Positions 17,098 to 26,214 of a stretch of DNA of 29,232 nucleotides are shown piece after piece. Within the stretch, counting starts at the first letter, position 1; each line of letters opens with the position of its first letter. Source of the DNA: Candidatus Fimivicinus sp. (lineage in GTDB: Bacteria > Bacillota > Clostridia > Oscillospirales > Acutalibacteraceae); contig DAWDUP010000003.1 of assembly GCA_052346825.1 (NCBI GenBank), positions 9,055 through 38,286 on the forward strand, given 5' to 3'. A program made the position numbers and the translations under genes. Below the pieces are notes generated by a model. It saw nothing but the letters and a program-made list of their open reading frames with translations, was not told where the DNA came from and did not search any database.

Positions 17098-17138
17098 AAA
17101 AAGGGCGCTGCAAAAATGAAACTCTGCAGTGTGCCCTT
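17098..17138 (-). terminator. Hairpin with a minus-strand T-tract
   Basis: Minus strand AAGGGCACACTGCAGAG-TTTCA-TTTTTGCAGCGCCCTT-TTTG. Confidence 0.5.
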
Positions 17139-17149
17139 AAAAAAGCACT

Positions 17150-17180
17150 TGCGGGCCTTATATTTTGGCCCGCATTTTTT
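17150..17180 (+). terminator. Rho-independent terminator of the 16271 gene
   Basis: TGCGGGCC-N9-GGCCCGCA-TTTTTT. Confidence 0.75.
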
Positions 17181-17369
17181 ACCTTTATAGGAGCCAAAGC
17201 TAAGCTTTTCCAGGCTCCTGTGCTTTTTATACATTCTGCAACAGGCCCATGATGGATATTGAAGCTGTTTTTGTGAGCGGGAGAGGGATAAGCGCCCCGT
17301 GAAACGCCTAGCGAGGCTGCGTCATACACGATCAAACCCTTACGGCCCGATTCATTAGGAGTTGATTAT

Positions 17370-17414
17370 ATGTTCAGGCTCTTATTTATTCTACTTTACG
17401 TGCTGACGATCTAA
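17370..17414 (+). CDS. Candidate 14-aa hydrophobic small peptide MFRLLFILLYVLTI
   Basis: AGGAG at 17357-17361, 8 nt before ATG; TAA immediately followed by a GC-rich hairpin and TTT. Speculative. Confidence 0.3.
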   Translation: MFRLLFILLYVLTI

Positions 17415-17447
17415 GGGGATGCCGCATTCAACCAGCGGCTCCCCTTT
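17413..17447. terminator. GC-rich hairpin downstream of nadC and of the small ORF
   Basis: AAGGGGA-T-GCCGC-N9-GCGGC-TCCCCTT-T. Confidence 0.55.
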
Positions 17448-17477
17448 GTCTTACTATGCATATGTTATATGTTATCC

Positions 17478-18335
17478 TTAATCGAACTTGTTGCGCTCCC
17501 GGATGAGTTTCATCGAGATATCAAATGCCTGAACGGAATGCGTCAGAGCGCCGATCGAGATGATATCAACACCGGTCTCCGCGACGGGGCGCAGGGTGTC
17601 GAGCGTGATGCCGCCGGAGGCCTCGAGCAAAGCTTTGCCGCCGGCCGTTTTTACGGCTTCACGCATCATATCGAGCGTCATGTTATCCAGCATGATGATT
17701 TCCGCGCCTGCACGCAGGGCTTCTGCCACCTCGTCGAGATTGCGGGTTTCCACCTCGATCTTCACCATGTGGCCGAGCTTTTTGCGCAGCAGCGTGATGG
17801 CGCTGGTGATGCCGCCGGCCGCGTCGATGTGGTTGTCCTTGAGCATTGCACCGTCGGAAAGATTATAGCGATGATTTTTTCCGCCGCCGCAGACGACTGC
17901 GTATTTCTGCAGGGAGCGCAGCCCTGGCAGAGTCTTGCGGGTATCGGTGATTGAAGCGCGAGTGCCCTCTACCAACCGAACTGCCTGCGCTGTTGCGGTG
18001 GCAATGCCGGACATATGCTGGATGAGATTGAGCGCAGTGCGCTCACCCTTGAGCAGCATGGCGGTGCTGCCGCTGATTTCAGCAATGATATCGCCCTTTC
18101 TGAGCGCGTCTCCGTCCTCATAGAAGCACTGCGCTTGGAAGGCGGGATCCAGTAATTCAAAAACACGCAGCGCCACAGGCAGGCCGCAGAGCACGCCATC
18201 CGCCTTGGCAAGGAAGCGGGCCTTGCCCGCCTGCTCCGGCGGGATCAGATAGTCCACAGAGGTGTCAATATAATTGATATCCTCGCGGATTGCCTGCTGA
18301 ATAAGGTCGTCTACGTAAAATTGAGGGAGCATCAT
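17478..18335 (-). CDS. nadC: Nicotinate-nucleotide pyrophosphorylase (carboxylating)
   Basis: ERTALN..MSGIAT, DTRKTLPGLR, NHRYNLSD..LKDNHI, EVE, IMLDN, EASGGI, GALTHS; RBS GAAAGGATGG. Confidence 0.96.
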   Translation of the reverse strand: MMLPQFYVDDLIQQAIREDINYIDTSVDYLIPPEQAGKARFLAKADGVLCGLPVALRVFELLDPAFQAQCFYEDGDALRKGDIIAEISGSTAMLLKGERTALNLIQHMSGIATATAQAVRLVEGTRASITDTRKTLPGLRSLQKYAVVCGGGKNHRYNLSDGAMLKDNHIDAAGGITSAITLLRKKLGHMVKIEVETRNLDEVAEALRAGAEIIMLDNMTLDMMREAVKTAGGKALLEASGGITLDTLRPVAETGVDIISIGALTHSVQAFDISMKLIRERNKFD

Positions 18336-18373
18336 GAAGGAAACCATCCTTTCTAAAAAACCGGTTGCAGGGC

Positions 18374-19843
18374 TCACGATTCGTCTACTTCCCGCAGGAT
18401 AATCGCCGCCACGGTGGCAAGGCTTAGCGCTTCGCAGAAATCACGCGTTACGGCGAAATGGCCGCTCTTGAGGCGGCGGCGAATTTCCTCGACCCGGCGA
18501 AGACCCGTGTGAACCGCCGTCGGGTTTGGAATCACAAAATAGGCGCGCTGCATGATATCGCGAATTTCCGTGCGCAGGCCGTGCGGCAGGGGGGCACCGT
18601 TAAAACGCGGGGGATCGATTTGCGCGGGGACCTCCACCTGCGCGTATCCCTTTTCCATGCAACGCAGGATGTCCTCCGCCGCATGGCGGCCAAATACGAG
18701 CGCCTCCAGCAGCGAGTTGCTGGCCAGGCGGTTGGCGCCATGGACGCCCGTATTGGAGCATTCCCCAGCGGCGTACAGGCGCGGTACAGCCGTGCGCCCG
18801 GTGAGGTCGACCGCGATCCCACCCATGAGATAGTGCTGGCAGGGAAAGACGGGGATGAGATCCTGCGCAATGTCCACGCCTTCCTCCAAGCAGCGCTTGG
18901 AGATGGCGGGGAAGCGGTTGTATAAAAAATCCCGGCCCTTATGCGTGATATCGAGGAAAAATTGATTGCTGCCCGTACGGCGCGATTCCAAGATGATGGC
19001 CCGGGATACGACGTCGCGCGGGGCAAGCTCCAGCCGGTCGTCGTAATGGGACATAAAGCGCTTGTGTTCACAATTGAGCAGATAAGCGCCTTCGCCTCGC
19101 ACCGCCTCGCTGATGAGGAACTGCTCGCGCTCCTTTTCAGAGTGGAAGGCCGTGGGATGGAATTGGACGTAGCTTAGGTTTTTAATCTGTGCACCGAGCT
19201 CGTAGGCGAGGCGGATGCCATCGCCGGTGGCAATCGCGGAATTGGTGGTGTATCGGTAAACGCGGCCAATGCCGCCTGTCGCCAGAATGCAGTAGCTGCA
19301 AAAAACGCTGCCCGGTTCGTCGCCACAAAGCAGATCCAGGCGAAAGCCGCCACGCACTTGCGCCATTTCACAGACCGTACTATTTTCGATCAGCTCAATA
19401 TTCGGCCTTGCCCGGACCTGTGCTAGAAGCTTGATGACGATTTCATAGCCGGTCTGATCCTTGTGATGCACGATCCGGCGGCGGGAATGGCCGCCCTCCA
19501 GCGTTTTCTGCGGACGGCCATCAGGCGCTTTATCAAAATCCACGCCGAGCTCCATGATATGGCGTACATCGTCCGGCCCCTCGTGAACCAGAACGTTGAC
19601 ACTCGCGGGATTATTTTTATGCCCGCCGGCGATCATCGTATCCTCATAATGCAGATCGAAGCTGTCATTTTCAAAATCGAGCACAGCCGCCACACCACCC
19701 TGGGCAAGCGAGCTGTTGGAAAGCGTGTCTTCCCGCTTGGAGAGCATCAGAACCTGTGTGCTGTCGTCAAACTGCAGCGCGGCATATAAGCCTGCTACGC
19801 CGCAGCCGACGATGACAACGTCGTATTTTGGTTTCTTGACCAT
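18374..19843 (-). CDS. nadB: L-aspartate oxidase
   Basis: DVVIVGCGVAGL, SNSSLAQGG, EGGHS, LATGG, QFHPT, SEAVRGEG, LAPRDVVSR, HYLMGG, HGANRLASNSLLE; start at 19843 or 19852. Confidence 0.95.
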   Translation of the reverse strand: MVKKPKYDVVIVGCGVAGLYAALQFDDSTQVLMLSKREDTLSNSSLAQGGVAAVLDFENDSFDLHYEDTMIAGGHKNNPASVNVLVHEGPDDVRHIMELGVDFDKAPDGRPQKTLEGGHSRRRIVHHKDQTGYEIVIKLLAQVRARPNIELIENSTVCEMAQVRGGFRLDLLCGDEPGSVFCSYCILATGGIGRVYRYTTNSAIATGDGIRLAYELGAQIKNLSYVQFHPTAFHSEKEREQFLISEAVRGEGAYLLNCEHKRFMSHYDDRLELAPRDVVSRAIILESRRTGSNQFFLDITHKGRDFLYNRFPAISKRCLEEGVDIAQDLIPVFPCQHYLMGGIAVDLTGRTAVPRLYAAGECSNTGVHGANRLASNSLLEALVFGRHAAEDILRCMEKGYAQVEVPAQIDPPRFNGAPLPHGLRTEIRDIMQRAYFVIPNPTAVHTGLRRVEEIRRRLKSGHFAVTRDFCEALSLATVAAIILREVDES

Positions 19844-19871
19844 GTTTGGCATCTCTTTTCCCGTGCGGCGG

Positions 19872-20792
19872 TCAGCCGCCAAATTTGAGCATGTTGTCAA
19901 GGCTGTGTTTTGCGGCCTTGCGCAGTTCCTCTTCCAGCACGATTTCCTCGCCCGTATCGCCCGCAACCGCCGTATACACGTCCTGCAGGGCAGTCAGTTT
20001 CATATCGGGGCAGACGAGCTTGTCCCCACGCAGCTGATAAAAATGCCGCTGGGGATATTTTTGGACCAGATCGTCATACACGCCGCATTCCGTGCCAAAG
20101 ATGATATCCTCCTGACCGTTTTGCAGCGCATAGTCAATAATCGCGCTGGTCGCGCCGATCATATCCGCATGTTGCAGGGCATCCGGCGGGCATTCGGGAT
20201 GCATGGCGAGCTTTGCATTCGGATGCTGAGCCTTGGCGCGCAGAACGTCCTGCTGCGTGATGCTGTTATGTACCGGGCAGCAGCCATCCCAGAGGATGAT
20301 CTCTTTTTCAGGACATTGCCTGCGGACCCAGGCGCCCAGATTTTTATCCGGGATAAACAGGATTTTTCGCCCGGGCAGCGCGCGGACGATTTTGACTGCG
20401 CTCGAGGACGTGACGCAAACATCGCACTCCGCCTTGAGCGCAGCGGTTGTGTTGATATAGGCGACGACCGTAACGTCTGGATTTTCCGCGCGGAAGGCGC
20501 GCACCCGCTGGGGAGAAATCTGCTCCGCCATCGGACAGGTGGCGCGCTTTTTTGGCAGAACGACGGTTTTATCAGGAGAAAGAATTTTAACCGTTTCCGC
20601 CATAAAGCGCACGCCGCAGACAACAACCCGTTCATTCTGGTAGGCGGTGGCGGCTTTGGCAAGGGCATAGCTGTCGCCGCATACGTCGGCAGCCGCGAGG
20701 ATATCCGGAGCCTGATAGGTGTGCGCGAGAATCAGAGTTCCGCTTTTTTCCTTTTCGCGCGCAAGCAGGCGCAGTAGTTCTTCCTGTTTCAA
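19872..20792 (-). CDS. nadA: Quinolinate synthase
   Basis: ILAHTYQ, GDS, CGVRFMAE, CPMA, YINT, PDKNLG, CPVH, HPEC, CPDMK; TTG start with RBS GGGGGG. Confidence 0.95.
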   Translation of the reverse strand: MKQEELLRLLAREKEKSGTLILAHTYQAPDILAAADVCGDSYALAKAATAYQNERVVVCGVRFMAETVKILSPDKTVVLPKKRATCPMAEQISPQRVRAFRAENPDVTVVAYINTTAALKAECDVCVTSSSAVKIVRALPGRKILFIPDKNLGAWVRRQCPEKEIILWDGCCPVHNSITQQDVLRAKAQHPNAKLAMHPECPPDALQHADMIGATSAIIDYALQNGQEDIIFGTECGVYDDLVQKYPQRHFYQLRGDKLVCPDMKLTALQDVYTAVAGDTGEEIVLEEELRKAAKHSLDNMLKFGG

Positions 20793-20863
20793 AGAAGTCC
20801 CCCCATTTTACAGAAGAGCCGCAAGCGCCGCAGGCGGCTTCCCTGCCCATATCATTTCATTTT

Positions 20864-20892
20864 ATTGTACCACCATTTCAACTTACGTACAA
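20864..20892 (-). promoter_or_regulatory. SigA-type promoter for nadABC
   Basis: TTGTAC, 17 bp, TACAAT, with extended TG. Confidence 0.6.
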
Positions 20893-20908
20893 TATTTTTG
20901 AAACGTTA

Positions 20909-20937
20909 TTGCATAAAAAAACAAAGTGGGATATGAT
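20909..20937 (+). promoter_or_regulatory. SigA-type promoter for hflX
   Basis: TTGCAT, 17 bp, TATGAT. Confidence 0.6.
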
Positions 20938-20988
20938 ACAAATGACCATCTCATTACGCTGGGTTGAAACGAAGAAAAGGAGCTGTCT

Positions 20989-22239
20989 ATGGCTTATTTT
21001 GAAAATATAGAATGCCCCGAACGGGCGCTTCTTGTGAGCGCAGATACGGGTGACTTTAATGCGCAGGCATCGATCGACGAGCTTGAGGAGCTCGCACATA
21101 CGGCGGGGGCCGAAGTGCTCGCAAAGATGGTACAGAAGCGTGACACACCGGATGCGGCAACCTTCATCGGCTCCGGCAGGATTGCGGAAATCGCTTCCTT
21201 CTGCCGGGACCATAAAGTGGATCTGCTGATTTTTGACAGTGAGCTGACACCGTCGCAGCAGCGTAATGTCGAAAAGCTCACAGATGTGCGCGTGATCGAT
21301 CGGACAACGCTGATCCTTGATATTTTTGCTGCCCGCGCCCGTTCGAGCGAGGGCAAGCTGCAGGTGGAGCTCGCGCAGCTCAGATACGCCCTTCCACGTC
21401 TGGGTGGAAAGGGGACGGAGCTCTCCCGTCTGGGTGGCGGCATCGGTACGCGAGGCCCGGGTGAAAGCAAGCTGGAAAGCGACCGCCGCCATATCCACCG
21501 CCGTATCGACGCGCTGGAAAAGCAGCTCAAGGCTGTGGAACGCAGGCGTGTCCGCCTGCGGGAGAGGCGCAATAAAAACGGAGTGGAGACAGTGGCGATC
21601 GTTGGCTATACCAATGCCGGAAAATCCACGCTGATGAACACGCTGACCCATGCGGGTGTGCTGGCAGAGGATAAGCTGTTTGCGACCCTCGACCCCACGG
21701 CGCGTGCCTTGACGCTGCCGGACGGGCGCACGGTGATGCTCATTGATACGGTGGGCCTGGTGCGCAGATTGCCGCATCAGCTGGTGGAGGCGTTCAAATC
21801 CACGCTGGAGGAGGCCGCGAGCGCCGATGTGATCCTCAATGTGTGCGACGCTTCCAGCCCGGAATGCGCGGAGCATCTGGAGGTTACGGCCAGGCTCCTT
21901 GACGAGCTCGGCTGTGCCGGAAAGCCGGTGATATCCGTGATGAATAAATGTGATTTGGCGGGCGACGTTTACGGCCTGCCTTCCATTGGCCACACGGTGA
22001 TGATTTCGGCTTTGTATGGCAGGGGGATCAAGCAGCTGCTCGATGCGGTTGTGGCCGCCCTGCCCGCCTCCCGCCGCAGGGTGGAGCTCCTGCTGCCATT
22101 TGATATGGGGGCGTTCGCCGCACGGCTGCGCAGAGAAGGTGTTATCCATAGGGAGGAATACCGGGAAGAGGGGCTTTATTTGGAAGCGACGGCCGATGTC
22201 TCGCTGCTTGAACAGGTGAAGCGGTATATCCTTCCCTGA
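20989..22239 (+). CDS. hflX: Ribosome-splitting GTPase HflX
   Basis: IDRTTLILDIFAARA..EGKLQVELAQ, GTRGPGE, GYTNAGKST, LFATLD, DTVG, NKCD; RBS AAAGGAG. Confidence 0.97.
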   Translation: MAYFENIECPERALLVSADTGDFNAQASIDELEELAHTAGAEVLAKMVQKRDTPDAATFIGSGRIAEIASFCRDHKVDLLIFDSELTPSQQRNVEKLTDVRVIDRTTLILDIFAARARSSEGKLQVELAQLRYALPRLGGKGTELSRLGGGIGTRGPGESKLESDRRHIHRRIDALEKQLKAVERRRVRLRERRNKNGVETVAIVGYTNAGKSTLMNTLTHAGVLAEDKLFATLDPTARALTLPDGRTVMLIDTVGLVRRLPHQLVEAFKSTLEEAASADVILNVCDASSPECAEHLEVTARLLDELGCAGKPVISVMNKCDLAGDVYGLPSIGHTVMISALYGRGIKQLLDAVVAALPASRRRVELLLPFDMGAFAARLRREGVIHREEYREEGLYLEATADVSLLEQVKRYILP

Positions 22240-22288
22240 ATTTTTAAAACTCCTGACGGCGTGAGGGCCCCATAAAGGCTCAGTAATC

Positions 22289-22335
22289 AAAAATCCCGCG
22301 GAAGCATTAAAGGAAGGCTTCCGCGGGATTTTTTT
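22289..22335. terminator. Bidirectional terminator between hflX and htrA
   Basis: AAAAATCCCGCGGAAGC-loop-GCTTCCGCGGGATTTTT, with an A-tract before and a T-tract after. Confidence 0.88.
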
Positions 22336-22349
22336 GATGCTAAGGATCA

Positions 22350-23849
22350 TTAAAATCCGAAGGGATTGAAATAGGTGTTGGTTGTTGCGTTTTCAGTCGA
22401 TTCATTAGAGGAGGTAGAACCCTTGTCTTCGACAAGCTTCACCTTAACATCGAATTTTGTGGTTTTGTAGTTGCTGTCAATCCGGCACAGCGTCAGAGTA
22501 AGCGTATCGCCGACCTTGCTCTCTTCAATCAGCTCCAGGAGCGTATTGGAGTTATCGAGGTTTTTGCCGTTGACCGCGGTGATCATATCGCCTGCCTTCG
22601 CATCCGTATTGGCGAGGTCACTGTCGGAACTGATACTCTTGATAACCAAGGTGCCGGCAGGCAGCTCCTTGAGCTGGACGATCATTCGATAGCTGGACTG
22701 CTGGCTCGCCGCATAATAGGTGACGCCGAGCTTCGGCCTTCCAGGGACATAGCCATTGGCAATGAGCTTATCCACAATTTCCTTTGCAGAATTGATTGGA
22801 ATAGCAAAGCCGATTCCCTCATAGCCTTCTGCGATCTTGGAGGAATTGATGCCGATGACCTGGCCGTACATATTGACGAGCGCACCACCGGAGTTGCCGG
22901 GGTTAATCGCCGCGTCGTGCTGGATGCATTTCATCGGGTAGCCGATTTCACTGCTGATGGGGCGGTCAATCGCGGAAACAAAGCCGCCGGTGAGCGTGCC
23001 AAAGAATTCTGTGCCAAGCGGGTTGCCGATGGCGAAGACCTGCTGGCCGACAGCCAGCTTAGAGGAATCGCCGAAGGAGGCGGCCTGCAGGCCCGAGGCC
23101 TTGATGCGCAGCACGCCGACATCCGAGCGCTCGTCATAACCGACGACGTCGGCGTCATAGGAGGAGCCATCCTCCAGTTGAACGGTAGCCTTAACATTGT
23201 TTCCGCTGATGACGTGTGCACAGGTGATGATATAGGTATATTCGCCGGTTTTATCTTCACCCATGATAATTCCGGTGCCTTCACCGGATTCATTCTGGCT
23301 CTGGCCGATCATGTTTTGCGTCGTTTGAGAAACGATGACGCCCACAATCGAGGGCTTCACCTTCTTGGCGACCTCTTCGGCGGTCATTTCCCCTTTTTCA
23401 TTGGTGGTGGACTTGCTGTTCGGGGTTTCCTCAATGGAAAGGGTAGGCCCGTTTTTATTGATAACGTCATTGTCACTGTCGCCGTTTTTATCCCGTGTAA
23501 GGCCGATTGCAATACCGATGCCCGCGGCGATGAGTGCGATGCAGAGAATCACGATGAGGATAATCAATCCTGTTTTTTTCTTTTTCTTTGAACCATTGCC
23601 GCCCTGATTGCCGTCTCCTGCGGGGGCCTGATTGTACTGGTAGGGCGACTGGTAAGGCGGTTTTTGCTGATAGCCGCCGTTCGATCCATAAGGGCCCTGA
23701 TAAGAGGTGTATTGCGTATAGGGCGGCGTCTGGTGCGTATCGTTTTCTATATGGATGTCGTTTGCGCTGTCTGGCCGGCCTGCATCCGAGCCGGAAGTGT
23801 TTGTTTTGTCCTGATCGGCGCCATTGGTTGCTTTATCCCATTCATCCAT
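22350..23849 (-). CDS. htrA: Membrane-anchored HtrA/DegP serine protease with PDZ domain
   Basis: TM helix; TCAHVI, D, GNPLG, DAAINPGNSGG, GIGFAIP; C-terminal PDZ; RBS AAGGAGG. Confidence 0.93.
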   Translation of the reverse strand: MDEWDKATNGADQDKTNTSGSDAGRPDSANDIHIENDTHQTPPYTQYTSYQGPYGSNGGYQQKPPYQSPYQYNQAPAGDGNQGGNGSKKKKKTGLIILIVILCIALIAAGIGIAIGLTRDKNGDSDNDVINKNGPTLSIEETPNSKSTTNEKGEMTAEEVAKKVKPSIVGVIVSQTTQNMIGQSQNESGEGTGIIMGEDKTGEYTYIITCAHVISGNNVKATVQLEDGSSYDADVVGYDERSDVGVLRIKASGLQAASFGDSSKLAVGQQVFAIGNPLGTEFFGTLTGGFVSAIDRPISSEIGYPMKCIQHDAAINPGNSGGALVNMYGQVIGINSSKIAEGYEGIGFAIPINSAKEIVDKLIANGYVPGRPKLGVTYYAASQQSSYRMIVQLKELPAGTLVIKSISSDSDLANTDAKAGDMITAVNGKNLDNSNTLLELIEESKVGDTLTLTLCRIDSNYKTTKFDVKVKLVEDKGSTSSNESTENATTNTYFNPFGF

Positions 23850-23970
23850 TGTAAATGCCTCCTTGTTTGAGTGCTGCTTCCAGCATAAAAGGTACCTTTC
23901 GCTATTGTGTCACGGACGTATGAACAGTTTTTAAACATTATTCAAAATAATTTTAACTTGAAGGGATTCC

Positions 23971-25470
23971 TTAAAATAATTTTCCATATTGAAGCGGAAG
24001 CCAAAAGACAAACTCTGTGTATTTACCTTCCTCGCTTTTTGCGGTGATCTGCCCGCCGTGCATTTCGATGATGCTCTTGACGATATAAAGCCCCAGGCCC
24101 GCGCCCCTGACATCGAAGCTGCGGGATTTGTCCACCTTATAAAAGCGCTCGAAGATTTTGCCGATCTCTTCGGAGGAAATGCCTGTGCCGGTATTTCGAA
24201 TGCGGACAATCACTTTCTCCGAGTCGGACAGGATCGATGTGGTAATCTGTCCGCCCTCCTGTGTAAATTTTACCGCATTATCAATCAAATTATACAAAAC
24301 CTGATGGATCATATCGGGATCTGCCTCAACGGTTACGCTCTTCATATCCTCAAGGCCGGCGATTTCGATCTTTTTTCGTTCGATGCTTTGCTCAAAGAGG
24401 AGGAAAACCTGAAATAGCTGCGCGGAAATGTCAAATTTGCTGGGCTGGAGCTTGAGTTCGCCGGCTTCAATCTTTGACATATTGAGCATGGTCATGACGA
24501 GACGAGAAAGGCGCTTTACCTCTGCGGAGACGATCTCCAGATAGTGCTTTTGCTGATTGGGCGGGATCGTGCCATCAAGCATGCCGTCGATAAAGCCGCC
24601 GATGGTTGTCATTGGTGTTTTCAGCTCGTGAGACACGTTTGCCACAAAGCTACGCCGTGAGGACTCCAAAACGGCCAGCGCTTTTGCCATGGAGTTGAGT
24701 GCATTGGCAAGCTCCGATAATTCGCCATTGCCATGCGAATCCACTCGATAGGAGAAGTCTCCGTGCGCGTAGCGCTTTGTGGCTATGTTCATCTCGCGTA
24801 GGGGACGAATGAGGTTATAGGTCAGGACATAGACCGCCACAAAGGCAAGCAGCAGCGCCATTAGCGCGGAAAACAGGAACATTTTGAAAATATTCCACAG
24901 ATATGGCCCAAGCCCGGAGGAGGTGGGCTTCGTGGCGAATACCAGCGCCGCGGTTTCACCATTTACCTTGACCGGTTCCCCAATGATAAAATGGGGATCG
25001 CTGTAAACGCCGTCGAGCTTACCTGCCTGGATATATTCCTTTTGGATGGTCTTCTGCACGATTTCCTCCGGGAAATGCATCCCGTCGTGGATTTTGCAGG
25101 CGCTTGCATTGAAAACCTGCATTTCAGGCGCAAAAAGATCTTTACATAGAATGACAGAGCCGTCGAGATTGCAGATGAACACATCTGCCTCAATGGCGGA
25201 TGAGACGAGCGTCAGCGTGTTGCACAGGATGGCAACAGTACCCTCGCCGTCCTTGTCCAGCATCCCGGAGCGGAGCAGATCGGCCGTTGTAGATGCCACT
25301 TTGAGCGCGTTTTCCTTGAGCAGATTTGTTTTTTCAGTGCGCCAGTAGTTGGAAACAAAGAGCAGAAGAGAGCAGCCCAGCACGGCAAAGCAGATGAAGA
25401 TCACCATCGTGATGACCAGAAAATATTTTGCAAACAGATTGAGATGCTTTTTTTTGATTCGTTCTTTCAA
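23971..25470 (-). CDS. HAMP-domain sensor histidine kinase
   Basis: Two TM helices, HAMP, SHELKTPMT, NLIDNAVKF, FERFYKVDKSR, GAGLGL; TTG start with RBS GAGG. Confidence 0.94.
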   Translation of the reverse strand: MKERIKKKHLNLFAKYFLVITMVIFICFAVLGCSLLLFVSNYWRTEKTNLLKENALKVASTTADLLRSGMLDKDGEGTVAILCNTLTLVSSAIEADVFICNLDGSVILCKDLFAPEMQVFNASACKIHDGMHFPEEIVQKTIQKEYIQAGKLDGVYSDPHFIIGEPVKVNGETAALVFATKPTSSGLGPYLWNIFKMFLFSALMALLLAFVAVYVLTYNLIRPLREMNIATKRYAHGDFSYRVDSHGNGELSELANALNSMAKALAVLESSRRSFVANVSHELKTPMTTIGGFIDGMLDGTIPPNQQKHYLEIVSAEVKRLSRLVMTMLNMSKIEAGELKLQPSKFDISAQLFQVFLLFEQSIERKKIEIAGLEDMKSVTVEADPDMIHQVLYNLIDNAVKFTQEGGQITTSILSDSEKVIVRIRNTGTGISSEEIGKIFERFYKVDKSRSFDVRGAGLGLYIVKSIIEMHGGQITAKSEEGKYTEFVFWLPLQYGKLF

Positions 25471-25524
25471 ATCAGATCAGCCTCGCTTTCATAGCCCAAA
25501 GCCAGGGAGATTGTGCAAGGCGCA

Positions 25525-26214
25525 TCATTCCTTGGTTTCGAATTTATAGCCGACGCCCCAGACCGTTTTGAGCGCCCATTTGTCGCTGACGCCCTCAAGC
25601 TTTTCGCGCAGCCGCTTAACATGGACGTCTACGGTGCGGGAATCGCCATAATAATCGAAGCCCCAAACCTCATCAAGCAGCTGGTCGCGGGTGAAAACGC
25701 GGTTGGGATTGCTGGCAAGATGATAAATCAATTCGAGCTCCTTGGGCGGCGTGTCGATCTGCTTGCCATTGACACGCAGCTCATAGTTGGTAAGGTTGAT
25801 GACCAGCTTGTCGTAGCGAACCTCCTTGATCTGCTCGGAGCTGCTGTTGGCCGTACGGCGCAGCACCGCTTTGACACGCGCGACAACTTCCTTCGCCTCG
25901 AAGGGCTTTACAACATAGTCGTCTGCGCCAAGCTCCAGGCCAAGCACCTTGTCAAAGGTTTCTCCCTTTGCCGTAAGCATGATGATGGGCTTGTCCGAAA
26001 AACGGCGGATCTCCCGGCAGACCTGCCAGCCGTCGAGCTTTGGCAGCATAATATCGAGCAGAACCAGATCAGGCTGTGTGGACTGAAACGTTTCCACAGC
26101 AGACATCCCGTCGTTGACGATCTCCACTGAATAGCCCTCTTTTTCGAGATATAGCCGCAGCAGCTCGCAGATATTAGGGTCGTCGTCTACCACCAAAATT
26201 TTTTCCAGGCTCAT
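25525..26214 (-). CDS. OmpR/PhoB family response regulator
   Basis: ILVVDDD, LLDIMLP, MLTAKG, ADDYVVKPF, RTVDVHVKRLREK, TVWGVGY; RBS GAAGGAGGA before ATG at 26214. Confidence 0.95.
   Translation of the reverse strand: MSLEKILVVDDDPNICELLRLYLEKEGYSVEIVNDGMSAVETFQSTQPDLVLLDIMLPKLDGWQVCREIRRFSDKPIIMLTAKGETFDKVLGLELGADDYVVKPFEAKEVVARVKAVLRRTANSSSEQIKEVRYDKLVINLTNYELRVNGKQIDTPPKELELIYHLASNPNRVFTRDQLLDEVWGFDYYGDSRTVDVHVKRLREKLEGVSDKWALKTVWGVGYKFETKE

Noticed and set aside
17275..17330. Glycine riboswitch-like start GCGGGAGAG
   Set aside because: The downstream CCGAAG and CTCTCAGG elements are absent, and no glycine-related gene follows.
17448..17476. Sporulation sigma (E/G/K) promoter for the candidate minus-strand RNA (GGATA..CATAGTA)
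   Set aside because: The CATA -10-like box is present, but the spacing to the -35 element (about 14 bp) does not fit the consensus well enough to call.
19716..20777. 353-aa plus-strand ORF
   Set aside because: Antisense shadow of nadA/nadB with no recognisable domain.
20878..22350. 490-aa minus-strand ORF
   Set aside because: Antisense shadow of hflX with no RBS or motifs; typical of codon-biased GC-rich genes.
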